A stretch of 64,000 nucleotides of DNA from an uncultured Pelagibacteraceae bacterium. Lineage in GTDB: Bacteria; Pseudomonadota; Alphaproteobacteria; Pelagibacterales; AG-422-B15. The notes under the pieces were generated by a model that saw only the letters and a list, made by a program, of their open reading frames with translations, made no database searches and had not been told where the DNA came from. The stretch spans positions 52,314 through 116,313 of the forward strand of contig CACLWE010000003.1 in the NCBI GenBank assembly GCA_902610585.1. The letters run 5' to 3'. Shown here piece after piece: positions 26,121-38,113 of this stretch. Every line of letters starts with the position of its first letter. The first letter of the stretch is position 1. The translations under genes and the position numbers were made by a program.

Positions 26121-27984
26121 TAAAAATTTCGTTTCTTTTTAAAATGAGTTTTTTTTCAAATAAATATTTGAATATATCTGATGCAATTGGAGCTGCAGAT
26201 CCAGATCCACTGCCTCCATGTTCAACAATTACAGAAACTGCATACTTAGGATCTGTAGTTGGACCGTATCCGATAAAAAGACCATGATCTCTTTTTTCCC
26301 AAGGCAAATCTTTATTTTTTATTAAACCTTCCTCTCTTTCTTTAATTGATATTGCTCTTACTTGAGATGTGCCTGTTTTACCTGCCATTTTATACTTACC
26401 GATAATTCTTGATCTATAGGAAGTCCCACCAGGAGCATTTGTAGCTTCGTATAATGCATTTTTAATAATTTTTAGATATCTAGGATCTGCAATAATTCGC
26501 TCATTATAAATATTTGAAGTTTCATTATCATATATCAATTTTGGGCTAAGCCTTATTCCATTGTTAATTAATTGAGCTAACGCAAGAGATAACTGCGCTG
26601 AAGTTGTTAAAAAATATCCTTGGCCTATACCAGCAGATAATGTTTCTCCTACCATCCATCTACTACCAAGATTTTCTAATTTCCACTGTTTGTTTGGAAC
26701 TACTCCACTTTTTTCTTCATAAAGAGATTTGAAAACTTTTTCTCCTAACCCATATCTTTTACAAACCTCAGCGATTTTATTAATTCCTATTCTTCTTGCA
26801 ATTTGATAAAAGTAAACATCACAAGATACCTTTATGGCCCTTGTCATATCTACATTTCCGTGTCCTTCCTTCTTCCAGCAATGAAATGTTTTGTATCCTG
26901 ATTCGAGACTAGTATCTTCTATTAGGTGTTTTCCATCACAAAAAAAAGTTTCTTTATGAGAAACTCCTGACTCTAAAGCTGCAAGTGCAACAAATGGTTT
27001 TATGGTTGATCCAGGAGGATATTGATTGGATATCGATTTATTAATCAGTGGTTTATATTTATCTGATAAGAGATTTTCCCAAGTTTCATTTGAAATAGAT
27101 TTACTAAATATATTTGGATCATATGATGGTGAGGATGCCAATGCATAAAATTCACCATTTTTAACATTAATAACAGAGACGCTTCCGCTAAGCCCATTTA
27201 GTCTTTCATAACAAAATTTTTGCAACTCTGAGTCAATTGTAAGCTGTATGTATTTTCCTTGAATACTATTTACTCGATCAAGTTCTCTAATTTCTCGTCC
27301 ACTGGCATTAACTTCAATATTCTTACTACCTAGTTTACCTCTTAAAATTGCATCTTTAGCTTTCTCCACACCTATCTTGCCTGCTTTTGCTGTGCTTAGT
27401 TTAGATAATGGGTTTGACTCTTCTTCATTTTTACTTATTGGAGAAACATACCCAATTAAATGTGAGTGCGATTCTCCTTGAGTATAATATCTCTTGAAGC
27501 CAATCTGAGGGTAAATTCCCTCTAATTTATGAATATTTACATTTATTTTAGAAAAATCTTCCCATGTCAAGTCATCGATAATTCCAATAGGAATAAATTT
27601 TTTTCTTGAATTTATTTCCTTTAATATTTTTTCTGTATCAATGTTTGCGTGAGGTAAAAGTGACTTTAAATTAACTAATGATTTTTCTACGTCTCTGGTT
27701 TCTTCTTTTATTATTATAATTTCATATTTTTGTTTATTGATAGCCATTGGTCGCCCCTGCAAATCAAAAATAATACCTCTTTCTGGTTCGAGAAATCTGT
27801 GTGTTATTCTATTTTTATCAGATAATTTTTTATAATTACCATTTTCAGCGATTTGTAAATAAGCTAGTCTCCCAACGAGTAGTGAGAATACACCAGCTTT
27901 AGCTATTGTTACAAGCGCTGCTCTTCTATTGATTAAATTTTCAGTATCATATTTTTGAAAAATAAATTTACCTGATTTCTTCAT
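26113..27984 (-). CDS. mrdA: penicillin-binding protein 2 (elongasome transpeptidase)
   Basis: PGSTIKPF (SxxK), KTGTSQV (KTG) and an N-terminal anchor. Lies in the mreBCD-mrdA-rodA context. Confidence 0.9.
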   Translation of the reverse strand: MKKSGKFIFQKYDTENLINRRAALVTIAKAGVFSLLVGRLAYLQIAENGNYKKLSDKNRITHRFLEPERGIIFDLQGRPMAINKQKYEIIIIKEETRDVEKSLVNLKSLLPHANIDTEKILKEINSRKKFIPIGIIDDLTWEDFSKINVNIHKLEGIYPQIGFKRYYTQGESHSHLIGYVSPISKNEEESNPLSKLSTAKAGKIGVEKAKDAILRGKLGSKNIEVNASGREIRELDRVNSIQGKYIQLTIDSELQKFCYERLNGLSGSVSVINVKNGEFYALASSPSYDPNIFSKSISNETWENLLSDKYKPLINKSISNQYPPGSTIKPFVALAALESGVSHKETFFCDGKHLIEDTSLESGYKTFHCWKKEGHGNVDMTRAIKVSCDVYFYQIARRIGINKIAEVCKRYGLGEKVFKSLYEEKSGVVPNKQWKLENLGSRWMVGETLSAGIGQGYFLTTSAQLSLALAQLINNGIRLSPKLIYDNETSNIYNERIIADPRYLKIIKNALYEATNAPGGTSYRSRIIGKYKMAGKTGTSQVRAISIKEREEGLIKNKDLPWEKRDHGLFIGYGPTTDPKYAVSVIVEHGGSGSGSAAPIASDIFKYLFEKKLILKRNEIFNV

Positions 27985-28453
27985 ATTTTTTCTGACTGTA
28001 TATAATCATTAAGTTTAATGGCGGGTATAATAAAACTATTATTAAAAAAGCTGACAATTCACCAACAGATAAGTAATTGAGTTGGTAATTAAAATAGATA
28101 AATAAGTTTTTAAAAATAAATAATATTAATAATGCTATAATAAATATTATAAATTTTATTTTTTGTTGTTCGAATAAACCATTAATTGAGGTAATTTGAC
28201 TTAAAACATAGAAAAATAAAAAAATACTTCCAGAATAACCAAAATTCATTCCAAGCAAAATATCTTGAAAAATACCCCAAGCAAAAAGAAGAAGAGGAAC
28301 TAACCATTCACTTTCGTTCCATCTTATTGAATACAACAAAATGGAAACTATTAAAGTTAAATCGATTAGATTAAAATTAAAAACATTGTTAAATGAAATA
28401 AAAAAAAGAAGAAATCCATTTAATAGTAAATAGCCTTTGAAACTTAGAGTCAT
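27968..28453 (-). CDS. mreD: rod shape-determining protein MreD
   Basis: A 161-aa polytopic membrane protein between mreC and mrdA. The call rests on position and topology. Confidence 0.7.
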   Translation of the reverse strand: MTLSFKGYLLLNGFLLFFISFNNVFNFNLIDLTLIVSILLYSIRWNESEWLVPLLLFAWGIFQDILLGMNFGYSGSIFLFFYVLSQITSINGLFEQQKIKFIIFIIALLILFIFKNLFIYFNYQLNYLSVGELSAFLIIVLLYPPLNLMIIYSQKKYEEIR

Positions 28454-28456
28454 TTT

Positions 28457-29296
28457 TTAGTTTTCTTTTGTTAGTTTATAATTTAATAATTTCACATGCG
28501 ATAAAGTTGCTATATTTTCAAATATACTAATCTCGATTTCATTTGATTTTTTTCCAACTACTTGACCAATCAATTGAAAAGGGGGGAAAATTCCACCTTT
28601 TCCTGATGTTGTGACTAAGTCTCCAATGCTAATTTTTTCAATATGTTCTACATATTCTATAGTTGGGTTTTCTCGACCTTGACCTACTAGCATACCATGA
28701 TAACCATCTTCTGAAATTATCACAGGAATTCTGCTGTTAATATTGCTTATCAAGAGTACGCGCGAGAGTCTTTCGCCAACATGAGATATTCTACCAATTA
28801 TTCCATTAGATCCTGAAACTGGCATATCTAATTTAATATTTTCTTCTTTTCCTGAATTAACAATTAAGGTGCCGTTAAAATTATTAGAAAAATCACCAAC
28901 TATCCTTGAAGTTCTAAAATCATATTCAATATCATTAGATGCGTTTAATAGATTTTCATATTGAGCTATTTTTAGTTTCATAGAAACTATCTCTTGAAAA
29001 CTAGCGGAGTCAAGTAATTGCATTTCTTTGAACCTTTGGTTTTCTTCATAAATGTTTTGAATCTCGAGAATACTTTCAAGTCCATTTTTGATTAAACTAA
29101 TAGGACTGGAGACAATTGAAGTAATTGAGTAAACGGTATTAATACATTTAGCTCTAATTTCATTTGAGAGATTGCTATTGTCAAATCGTCCAAAATAAAA
29201 AATAAGGGAAAATATGATTAATCCTATAGGAATAAGAATAGACACATAGCTATTCTTGTTAACATATCTCGAGTAAAAATTACGTGATGTCCTCAC
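28457..29296 (-). CDS. mreC: rod shape-determining protein MreC
   Basis: N-terminal anchor, coiled-coil (ENQRFKEMQ), and a C-terminal beta domain with GDLVTTSGKGGIFPP. Confidence 0.85.
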   Translation of the reverse strand: MRTSRNFYSRYVNKNSYVSILIPIGLIIFSLIFYFGRFDNSNLSNEIRAKCINTVYSITSIVSSPISLIKNGLESILEIQNIYEENQRFKEMQLLDSASFQEIVSMKLKIAQYENLLNASNDIEYDFRTSRIVGDFSNNFNGTLIVNSGKEENIKLDMPVSGSNGIIGRISHVGERLSRVLLISNINSRIPVIISEDGYHGMLVGQGRENPTIEYVEHIEKISIGDLVTTSGKGGIFPPFQLIGQVVGKKSNEIEISIFENIATLSHVKLLNYKLTKEN

Positions 29297-29309
29297 TGTC
29301 AGACTTTAA

Positions 29310-30362
<1,053 letters not shown>

Positions 30363-30365
30363 TTA

Positions 30366-31925
30366 TCAAACTCCAGTAACACCTGACATACTGGCTGGAG
30401 CTGACCTTTCTCTTTTAATTATTAATTTATTTAGAGCGTTTATATATGCTTTGGCAGACGCAACAAGAGTATCTGTATGTGCGCCAAGTCCAACAACAGT
30501 TTTACCTTCTTCTGCCAATCTTACAGAAACTTCAGCTTGTGCATCCGTTCCTTCTGTAACAGCATGGACTTGATAGAGTAATAATTTTCCTTTATGAGGA
30601 ACAAGTTGACTTAAACCATTAAAGATCGCATCAACAGGTCCGTCTCCTGTAGAGATTACTGTCTTTGGCTCATCATCAATTAAAAGACTGATCTCTGCTT
30701 TTTGAGGACCTTTTGTTCCAGCGACTACCTGCAAATCTTGAAGTAAAATAGAGTCGTTAACTCTAATTACCTGGTCATCAATAATAGCGATAATATCTTC
30801 ATCATATATATTTTTCTTTTTATCTGCTAAATTTTTAAAATTTTCAAAAGCCTCCTCAATTACATTGTCATTAATTGAATATCCAAGTTCAATTATTTTT
30901 TGTTTGAATGCATGTCTGCCAGAGTGCTTGCCCATTACAAGATTTGACTCTGAAACTCCAACGCTTTCTGGGGTCATAATTTCATAAGTTTTATTATTTT
31001 TTAACATCCCGTCCTGATGAATACCTGCTTCGTGTGCAAAAGCATTTTTTCCTACGATAGCTTTATTAAATTGCACAGGAAAACCTGTAACTGCCGACAC
31101 AAGCTTAGAGGTTTTTGTTAATTTCTCAGTCTGAATACTAGTTTGAAAAGGCATCATGTCATTTCTAGTTCTTATCGCCATGACAACTTCTTCCATTGCA
31201 GCGTTCCCAGCTCTTTCACCCAAACCATTAATAGTACACTCAATTTGCCTTGCCCCAGCTCTCACGCCTGCAAGAGAATTTGCTACCGCTAATCCAAGAT
31301 CATTATGACAATGTGTTGAAATTGTAACCTTATCAATATTAGGCACATTGTTCATTAAATGATTTATAATATTTGTAAATTCATCAGGAATTGAGTATCC
31401 GACAGTATCTGGAATATTTATTGTAGACGCGCCGTTCTTAATCGCAGCTTCGACCGTTTTACACATAAAGTCCAATTCTGTCCTAGTTCCATCTTCACAA
31501 GACCACTCAACGTCATCACATAGATTCCGTGCAAAAGATACACTATCAATTACCTTCTGGTAAACCTCATCGGAATTCAACTGTAACTTATGTTTCATGT
31601 GAAGTTTACTTGTTGAGATAAATGTATGTATTCTTGGAGCTGTTGCATTTTTGAGAGCATCCGCAGCTGTTTGAATGTCATTTTGTGAAGCTCTGCTCAA
31701 AGCGCATATTGATGAATTTTTAATTTTTTTTGATATCTCAGAAACTGCTTCATAGTCTCCTTTTGATGCGGCAGGAAAACCAGCTTCTATAATATCAACA
31801 TTCAAATCTTCTAAAGCTTCTGCGATTTTTAGTTTTTCTTCAATATTCATTGAGGCTCCAGGAGACTGCTCTCCATCTCTCAATGTGGTATCAAAAATCT
31901 TTATGTAATTATTTTCTTTGTTCAT
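30366..31925 (-). CDS. leuA: 2-isopropylmalate synthase
   Basis: IFDTTLRDGEQSPG, HCHNDLGLAVANSL and a C-terminal LeuA dimerisation/regulatory domain. Confidence 0.95.
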   Translation of the reverse strand: MNKENNYIKIFDTTLRDGEQSPGASMNIEEKLKIAEALEDLNVDIIEAGFPAASKGDYEAVSEISKKIKNSSICALSRASQNDIQTAADALKNATAPRIHTFISTSKLHMKHKLQLNSDEVYQKVIDSVSFARNLCDDVEWSCEDGTRTELDFMCKTVEAAIKNGASTINIPDTVGYSIPDEFTNIINHLMNNVPNIDKVTISTHCHNDLGLAVANSLAGVRAGARQIECTINGLGERAGNAAMEEVVMAIRTRNDMMPFQTSIQTEKLTKTSKLVSAVTGFPVQFNKAIVGKNAFAHEAGIHQDGMLKNNKTYEIMTPESVGVSESNLVMGKHSGRHAFKQKIIELGYSINDNVIEEAFENFKNLADKKKNIYDEDIIAIIDDQVIRVNDSILLQDLQVVAGTKGPQKAEISLLIDDEPKTVISTGDGPVDAIFNGLSQLVPHKGKLLLYQVHAVTEGTDAQAEVSVRLAEEGKTVVGLGAHTDTLVASAKAYINALNKLIIKRERSAPASMSGVTGV

Positions 31926-31968
31926 CTCTCATCCTCTTAATAAAATTAAATTGTGTTAAAATTAAGTA

Positions 31969-31999
31969 CCCCCTGCAGTAATGTTATATTACCCAGGGG
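31969..31999 (-). terminator. attenuator-like hairpin in the leuA leader
   Basis: Minus strand CCCCTG-G-GTAAT-ataac-ATTAC-TG-CAGGGG, about 11 bp with a small internal loop, followed by GUACUUAAUUUUAAC. It is a GC-rich island in a very AT-rich spacer. Confidence 0.5.
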
Positions 32000-32094
32000 C
32001 TGCTAAGCAGTTTTAACAGCAATAGAGATTGAGAAGTGCTATTCTCAGCTAATTGATTTTCTAAATTTCTATTCAATTGTGTCACTAAATTCAA
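31984..32094 (-). CDS. candidate leucine leader peptide (36 aa, TTG start): MNLVTQLNRNLENQLAENSTSQSLLLLKLLSSPWVI
   Basis: Hand translation. AGGAAG lies 5 nt before the TTG. The run cta-ttg-ctg-tta-aaa-ctg-ctt gives 6 Leu in 7 codons and ends 5 nt before the hairpin. The stop TAA sits in the hairpin loop. Confidence 0.45.
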   Translation of the reverse strand: MNLVTQLNRNLENQLAENSTSQSLLLLKLLSSPWVI

Positions 32095-32222
32095 TCGCAC
32101 TTCCTACTTATTTGAGATAACTCGATAATTATATGAAAATTCTTTATTTTTCAATGTATTAGTAAAAAAACCTAATTTTCTGCCATAAATCTGGGATATT
32201 AAGAAACTGAAGTTTGGTTAAA

Positions 32223-33251
<1,029 letters not shown>

Positions 33252-33758
33252 TTACATCTTTTCTGTTCCGCGTGCAATAGCTACTACGCCAGTTCTTGAA
33301 ACTTCAGAAAGACCTAATGGCTTCATTAAATCGATAAAAGCATCAATTTTTCTTGGAGAACCATTCAATTCGAAGACGAAAGAATCGTGTGTTGTGTCTA
33401 TAACTTTGGCTCTAAATACATCAGATAATCGCATTGACTCTACTCTTTTTTCTCCAGTCGAAACAATTTTGACTAAGGCCATCTCCCGTTCAATACCTTG
33501 TTTCTCAAATGTCACATTTACTGCTCTTTTTACTGGTACAATTCTTTGCAATTGGCTAATCATTTTATTTACAGTTTCTTCTGTGCCTGGCGCTACAATT
33601 GTAATCCTAGAAATATGCTTTTCTGCATCTACTTCAGCAACTGTAAGACTATCAATGTTGTACCCTCTACCTGAAATTAAACCGATTACTCTAGCAAGCA
33701 CACCTGGTTCGTTATCAACAAGAACTGATACAGTATGTTTTGAGATTAATTCACTCAT
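33252..33758 (-). CDS. ilvN: acetolactate synthase small (regulatory) subunit
   Basis: ACT domain HTVSVLVDNEPGVLARVIGLISGRGYNIDSLTV plus a C-terminal domain; 168 aa. Confidence 0.9.
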   Translation of the reverse strand: MSELISKHTVSVLVDNEPGVLARVIGLISGRGYNIDSLTVAEVDAEKHISRITIVAPGTEETVNKMISQLQRIVPVKRAVNVTFEKQGIEREMALVKIVSTGEKRVESMRLSDVFRAKVIDTTHDSFVFELNGSPRKIDAFIDLMKPLGLSEVSRTGVVAIARGTEKM

Positions 33759-35527
33759 TACACTAATACTTTACCTTCATCTGAGATCTCTTCCTTTTCT
33801 GTTTCATCACCAAGCAACATTTCATTGTGGGCCTTGCCAGATGGTATCATTGGAAAAACATTTTCGTTTTCATCAACTACGCAATCAAATATTACAGGAC
33901 CATCATAATCAATCATTTCATTTATTGCCTTGTCAAGTTCACTCGGACTTTGGGCTCTTATACCCTTAGCGCCATAAGCTTCAGCAAGCTTTACAAAATC
34001 AGGTAAAGCATCTGTATAACTGTGAGAGTATCTTTTGTCGTGAAGAAGTTCTTGCCACTGCCTTACCATCCCCATGTATTGATTATTAATAATGAAAATC
34101 TTTACAGGCAGTTTGTGTTGAATAGCTGTCGACATTTCTTGTATACACATTAATATTGAAGCTTCTCCTGCGATGTCAATTACGAGTTTATCGGGATGAG
34201 CAACTTGAGCACCTATCGCAGCAGGCAAGCCAAAGCCCATGGTGCCTAAACCTCCAGATGTAATCCATCTATTAGGTCTATTAAATTTGTAATATTGCGC
34301 AGCCCACATTTGATGCTGACCAACCTCAGTGGTTACAAAGACATCTTTTTCTTTAGTCAGCTCATACAATCTTTGTATTGCATACTGCGGCTTAATCGTT
34401 TTTTTATCTTCATTAAACCCTAATGAGTTTATTTCTTTCCATTTATCTATTTGTTTCCACCAGTCTTTAATCTGAGATTTATTAACTTTATAAACTTTTG
34501 ATTTCCATAGCTTAATTGCATCTTCAAGCACATGTGCAACATCACCAACTAAAGCAACATCTACATCTACAACCTTATTAATTGATGATGGATCAATATC
34601 GATATGGATTTTTTTTGAATTTGGAGAAAATTCATCAATTTTTCCAGTAATTCTATCATCGAAACGTGCGCCAATGTTTATCATGAGGTCGCATTTATTC
34701 ATCGCCATGTTAGCTTCGTACGTACCGTGCATGCCAAGCATTCCTACAAACTGAGTATCATCACCTGGAAACGCACCAAGTCCTTGAAGGGTGGATGTAA
34801 TTGGAAAACCAGTAAGACGAACAAACTCTCTTAGTAGTTGAACGGCTGCATTTCCTGAATTGATCACTCCCCCTCCAGTGTAAAAGATTGGCTTTTCAGC
34901 TTCTGCGATTAACTTTAGAGCATCATCTATATTATCAATGTTCGCTTTTAATTTTGGTCTATAGGACTTATGTTTAACTGTATCAGGCCCAATATATGTT
35001 CCAGTTTGGAATTGAATATCTTTGGGTATATCTACGAGAACAGGTCCAGGTCTGCCGCTTGAAGCTACATAAAAAGCTTCGTGTAAAATTCGAGATAGAT
35101 CACTTATATCCTTAACTAGCCAATTATGCTTTGTGCACGGACGCGTAATTCCAACCGCATCACATTCCTGAAATGCATCTGTTCCAATTAAGTGCGTAGG
35201 AACTTGTCCACTGATACAAACAAGAGGAATTGAGTCCATCATAGCATCAGTTAATCCAGTTACTGCGTTAGTAACTCCAGGGCCAGAAGTAACTAACATT
35301 ACTCCAACTTTGCCACTTGACCTTGCATACCCTTCAGCAGCATGGGACGCGCCTTGTTCATGCCTTACTAAAAAATGGCGTATTTGATGATTTGTATCCT
35401 TAGTTTTTGCTAATTCATCATATATTGGCAAAACTGCGCCACCAGGATAGCCAAATATTGTATCAACTTGTTGATCTTCCAGGGCCTTCAGAACCATTTG
35501 TGCACCAGTCATTTGCATATTAACCAT
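33758..35527 (-). CDS. ilvB: acetolactate synthase large (catalytic) subunit
   Basis: TPP enzyme motifs [12 protein letters not shown] and [15 protein letters not shown]...NNQYMGMV. The stop/start overlaps ilvN by 1 nt. Confidence 0.95.
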   Translation of the reverse strand: MVNMQMTGAQMVLKALEDQQVDTIFGYPGGAVLPIYDELAKTKDTNHQIRHFLVRHEQGASHAAEGYARSSGKVGVMLVTSGPGVTNAVTGLTDAMMDSIPLVCISGQVPTHLIGTDAFQECDAVGITRPCTKHNWLVKDISDLSRILHEAFYVASSGRPGPVLVDIPKDIQFQTGTYIGPDTVKHKSYRPKLKANIDNIDDALKLIAEAEKPIFYTGGGVINSGNAAVQLLREFVRLTGFPITSTLQGLGAFPGDDTQFVGMLGMHGTYEANMAMNKCDLMINIGARFDDRITGKIDEFSPNSKKIHIDIDPSSINKVVDVDVALVGDVAHVLEDAIKLWKSKVYKVNKSQIKDWWKQIDKWKEINSLGFNEDKKTIKPQYAIQRLYELTKEKDVFVTTEVGQHQMWAAQYYKFNRPNRWITSGGLGTMGFGLPAAIGAQVAHPDKLVIDIAGEASILMCIQEMSTAIQHKLPVKIFIINNQYMGMVRQWQELLHDKRYSHSYTDALPDFVKLAEAYGAKGIRAQSPSELDKAINEMIDYDGPVIFDCVVDENENVFPMIPSGKAHNEMLLGDETEKEEISDEGKVLV

Positions 35528-35553
35528 AAATTATACCCCTAATAAGAAATGAC

Positions 35554-35582
35554 GTTTTATGGAGATTTATTTAATATGTCAA
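35554..35582 (-). promoter_or_regulatory. sigma-70-like promoter candidate for ilvBN-ilvC
   Basis: Minus strand TTGACA-17 nt-TAAAAC, about 30 nt upstream of the ilvB start. An AGGGG SD follows. Confidence 0.35.
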
Positions 35583-35620
35583 ATATTTTAAATATATGAA
35601 AAGAATATTTTATATATAAT

Positions 35621-36499
35621 TTACAAATATTTCTTCATATCAACATTTTGGGTAATATTATTACCTTTTATCCAAGTATCTTGTCTTTTGATATAGTTTC
35701 TAGTGTTTTTCTTCATTAAGATTTTGGCCTCATCTAAACTTATTTTTCCTTCAATAAAGTTGGTTATTTCACGAACTCCAATTGCCTTCATAATTGATAA
35801 TTCAGTACTATAATTTTTCTCAATTAAAGATTGAACCTCATCGACAACACCATCACTAAACATATTATCAACTCTTTGAGCAGCTGACTCATAGAGCTTC
35901 TCACGTAAATTGCCAGTTATGATCAATCTATAGTTTACATTATCAATTTTTTTGTTTGGATTAAATTGCCAATTTTCTAAAACTTTTCCAGTCTGAAGCA
36001 GTAATGAATAACTACGAATTATTCTTTGTTTATCATTTGAATTAATTTTTGTGCTTGGATATTTAGTTAAGATTTTTTCGTATAAATGATCAAGACCATT
36101 GGTTTCTAAATCCAGCTTTGCTTGTTGTTCTATATTTTTTTTTATAGAAGGAATTTCCGAAAGTCCATCCATCAAGGCCTTTAAATACAAACCTGTTCCA
36201 CCTACAACGATTGGAAGTAACTTATTATCAAAACAATTATTAATTTCATGGGCTGCTTTTTCTAGCCAAATAGCTGCTGAGCAACTTTCACTGCCTTTAA
36301 GTATTCCATAAAGACGATGGTCAAATTTTTTGCACATCTCATCGTCTGGTCTATCAGTTAGTATTTTAAGATCTTTGTATACCTGTAGACTATCAAAATT
36401 AATTATTGCTGATTTATGTTTAGAAGCAATTTGAGTTGCAAGCTTTGACTTTCCACTTGCTGTGGGACCAAAGATAACCAGTATGTCCCTTTTATCCAT
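35621..36499 (-). CDS. miaA: tRNA dimethylallyltransferase
   Basis: P-loop IFGPTASGKSKLA, DSLQVYKDL and VGGTGLYLKAL. Confidence 0.9.
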   Translation of the reverse strand: MDKRDILVIFGPTASGKSKLATQIASKHKSAIINFDSLQVYKDLKILTDRPDDEMCKKFDHRLYGILKGSESCSAAIWLEKAAHEINNCFDNKLLPIVVGGTGLYLKALMDGLSEIPSIKKNIEQQAKLDLETNGLDHLYEKILTKYPSTKINSNDKQRIIRSYSLLLQTGKVLENWQFNPNKKIDNVNYRLIITGNLREKLYESAAQRVDNMFSDGVVDEVQSLIEKNYSTELSIMKAIGVREITNFIEGKISLDEAKILMKKNTRNYIKRQDTWIKGNNITQNVDMKKYL

Positions 36500-36504
36500 T
36501 TTAT

Positions 36505-37908
36505 TTAGTCGAGAGACAATCTTGCGCCTATATATTTTTTAGAATTAGGACCAGAATAAAAAACAATTAAAACATTTTCTTTTCCTTGAGAAACAACCTC
36601 ATCAATTATTTGTAATACCTCCCCAGAGGCTTTCACTGATTTATTTTGTATTTCAATAATAATGTCGTCTTTCTTAATGTTTTGTCGTAATAGGAAAGAG
36701 TCATTATTGATTTCAGATATGATCACACCTTGTAAAGTTTTAGCTAAATCCAATCTGGACTTGTCTTCATCTGTCAAGTTTCTGACTTTTATTCCTAGTT
36801 CTTTTATTAAAACAGCTGATCCATTATTTTCAATTGAGGCAAGTTCCTCAAGAGACGGCTGTTTGCCTAGATTTACAAATAACTGAACTTCTTTTTCATT
36901 CCGCCAGACAACAACTTTTGTAGATTGACCAATATTAGCCTCAGCCACCAGTTTTGGAAGTGTTTGGACAGATTCTACTTCTTTGCCATTGAATTCAATA
37001 ATGATATCACCCTCATTAACCCCGCCTTTAAGTGCTGGACTATCTGTCGTAAGACCTTGAACTAGTGCACCATACGTTTTGCCAAGACCCAAGCTCTCTG
37101 CGATTTCATCGGTTACTTCCTGTATTCTTACTCCCAACCAGGCTCTTTCAATTTCACCTGTTTCTTGCAATTGCTGAATAATGTTTTTTGCGAGATTTGA
37201 TGGAATAGCAAATCCAATTCCTATAGATCCACCACTCGGAGAAATAATCATTGAATTTACTCCAATCACTTTTCCATCTAAATCAAATAATGGTCCTCCT
37301 GAATTACCTCTATTAATTGATGCATCAGTCTGTATGAAGTCGTCATATCTTCCACCAAGCATTCTTCCTCTTGCTGAAACAATACCTGCAGTAACAGTAC
37401 CTCCTAGTCCATGAGGGTTTCCAATTGCCATAACCCAATTACCAACCTTTGCAGTATCTGAGTCTCCGAACTCTAAAAATGGTAGCTTATTTGCGTCAAC
37501 TTTCAAAAGTGCTAAATCTGTCTCTGCATCAGACGCAATCAATTCTGCTTCTAATTTTAATCCATCTGTAAATGTAACTTGTATGTCTGAAGCGTTTTCT
37601 ACAACATGATTATTTGTAACAATAAAACCATCTGCAGAAATCACAAAGCCTGAACCTAATGAACTAAATTCTCTTTCTGATGGTTCCGGGCTAGGCATAT
37701 TAAACGGGAAATTAAAAAAATCTTCAATCGATGGAACTTGAGGACCTGTATTTTCAATTACACCAGTAGTTGAAATATTAACAACTGAGGGTGAAACTCT
37801 CTCAGCTAAATCAGAGAAGGTATCAGGTCCATTAAAGCTTAAAGATTGAAACGTAGAACAAATAAACAAAAAAAAGATGACTGGTATAATTTTGATGTTT
37901 AATTTCAT
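36505..37908 (-). CDS. htrA: Do/DegP/HtrA family periplasmic serine endoprotease
   Basis: Catalytic triad contexts TNNHV, DLALLKV and GNSGGPLF, plus two PDZ domains. I prefer the start at MKLNIKIIPVIFF (signal peptide). Confidence 0.9.
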   Translation of the reverse strand: MKLNIKIIPVIFFLFICSTFQSLSFNGPDTFSDLAERVSPSVVNISTTGVIENTGPQVPSIEDFFNFPFNMPSPEPSEREFSSLGSGFVISADGFIVTNNHVVENASDIQVTFTDGLKLEAELIASDAETDLALLKVDANKLPFLEFGDSDTAKVGNWVMAIGNPHGLGGTVTAGIVSARGRMLGGRYDDFIQTDASINRGNSGGPLFDLDGKVIGVNSMIISPSGGSIGIGFAIPSNLAKNIIQQLQETGEIERAWLGVRIQEVTDEIAESLGLGKTYGALVQGLTTDSPALKGGVNEGDIIIEFNGKEVESVQTLPKLVAEANIGQSTKVVVWRNEKEVQLFVNLGKQPSLEELASIENNGSAVLIKELGIKVRNLTDEDKSRLDLAKTLQGVIISEINNDSFLLRQNIKKDDIIIEIQNKSVKASGEVLQIIDEVVSQGKENVLIVFYSGPNSKKYIGARLSLD

Positions 37909-38093
37909 CTGACTGCAGTCCACAACATTATAAATCCTACTATTGCCGATGCCAGACCTCCCCATTTTAGGGTGTCATTGTTCATCTCTAACATAGATCT
38001 AATCATATTCTTCATTCTAGTAGGAAATAAGGCATAAAGAAGGCCCTCTATAATTAAAAGTAATCCAAGAGAACCTAATATAAATTGTATCAT
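37905..38093 (-). CDS. DUF2065 (YjeT-like) small membrane protein
   Basis: A 62-aa two-TM protein in the conserved position after hflC. EGLLYALFP motif. The stop overlaps the htrA ATG (ATGA). Confidence 0.68.
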   Translation of the reverse strand: MIQFILGSLGLLLIIEGLLYALFPTRMKNMIRSMLEMNNDTLKWGGLASAIVGFIMLWTAVR

Positions 38094-38113
38094 TTTAGGA
38101 AATCTAAATATTT

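Noticed and set aside
33394-33969. A 191-aa plus-strand ORF.
   Set aside because: It lies entirely antisense to the well-supported ilvN and ilvB genes and has a low-complexity Ser/Thr/Leu-rich translation. This is the typical shadow ORF opposite a relatively GC-rich, codon-biased gene.
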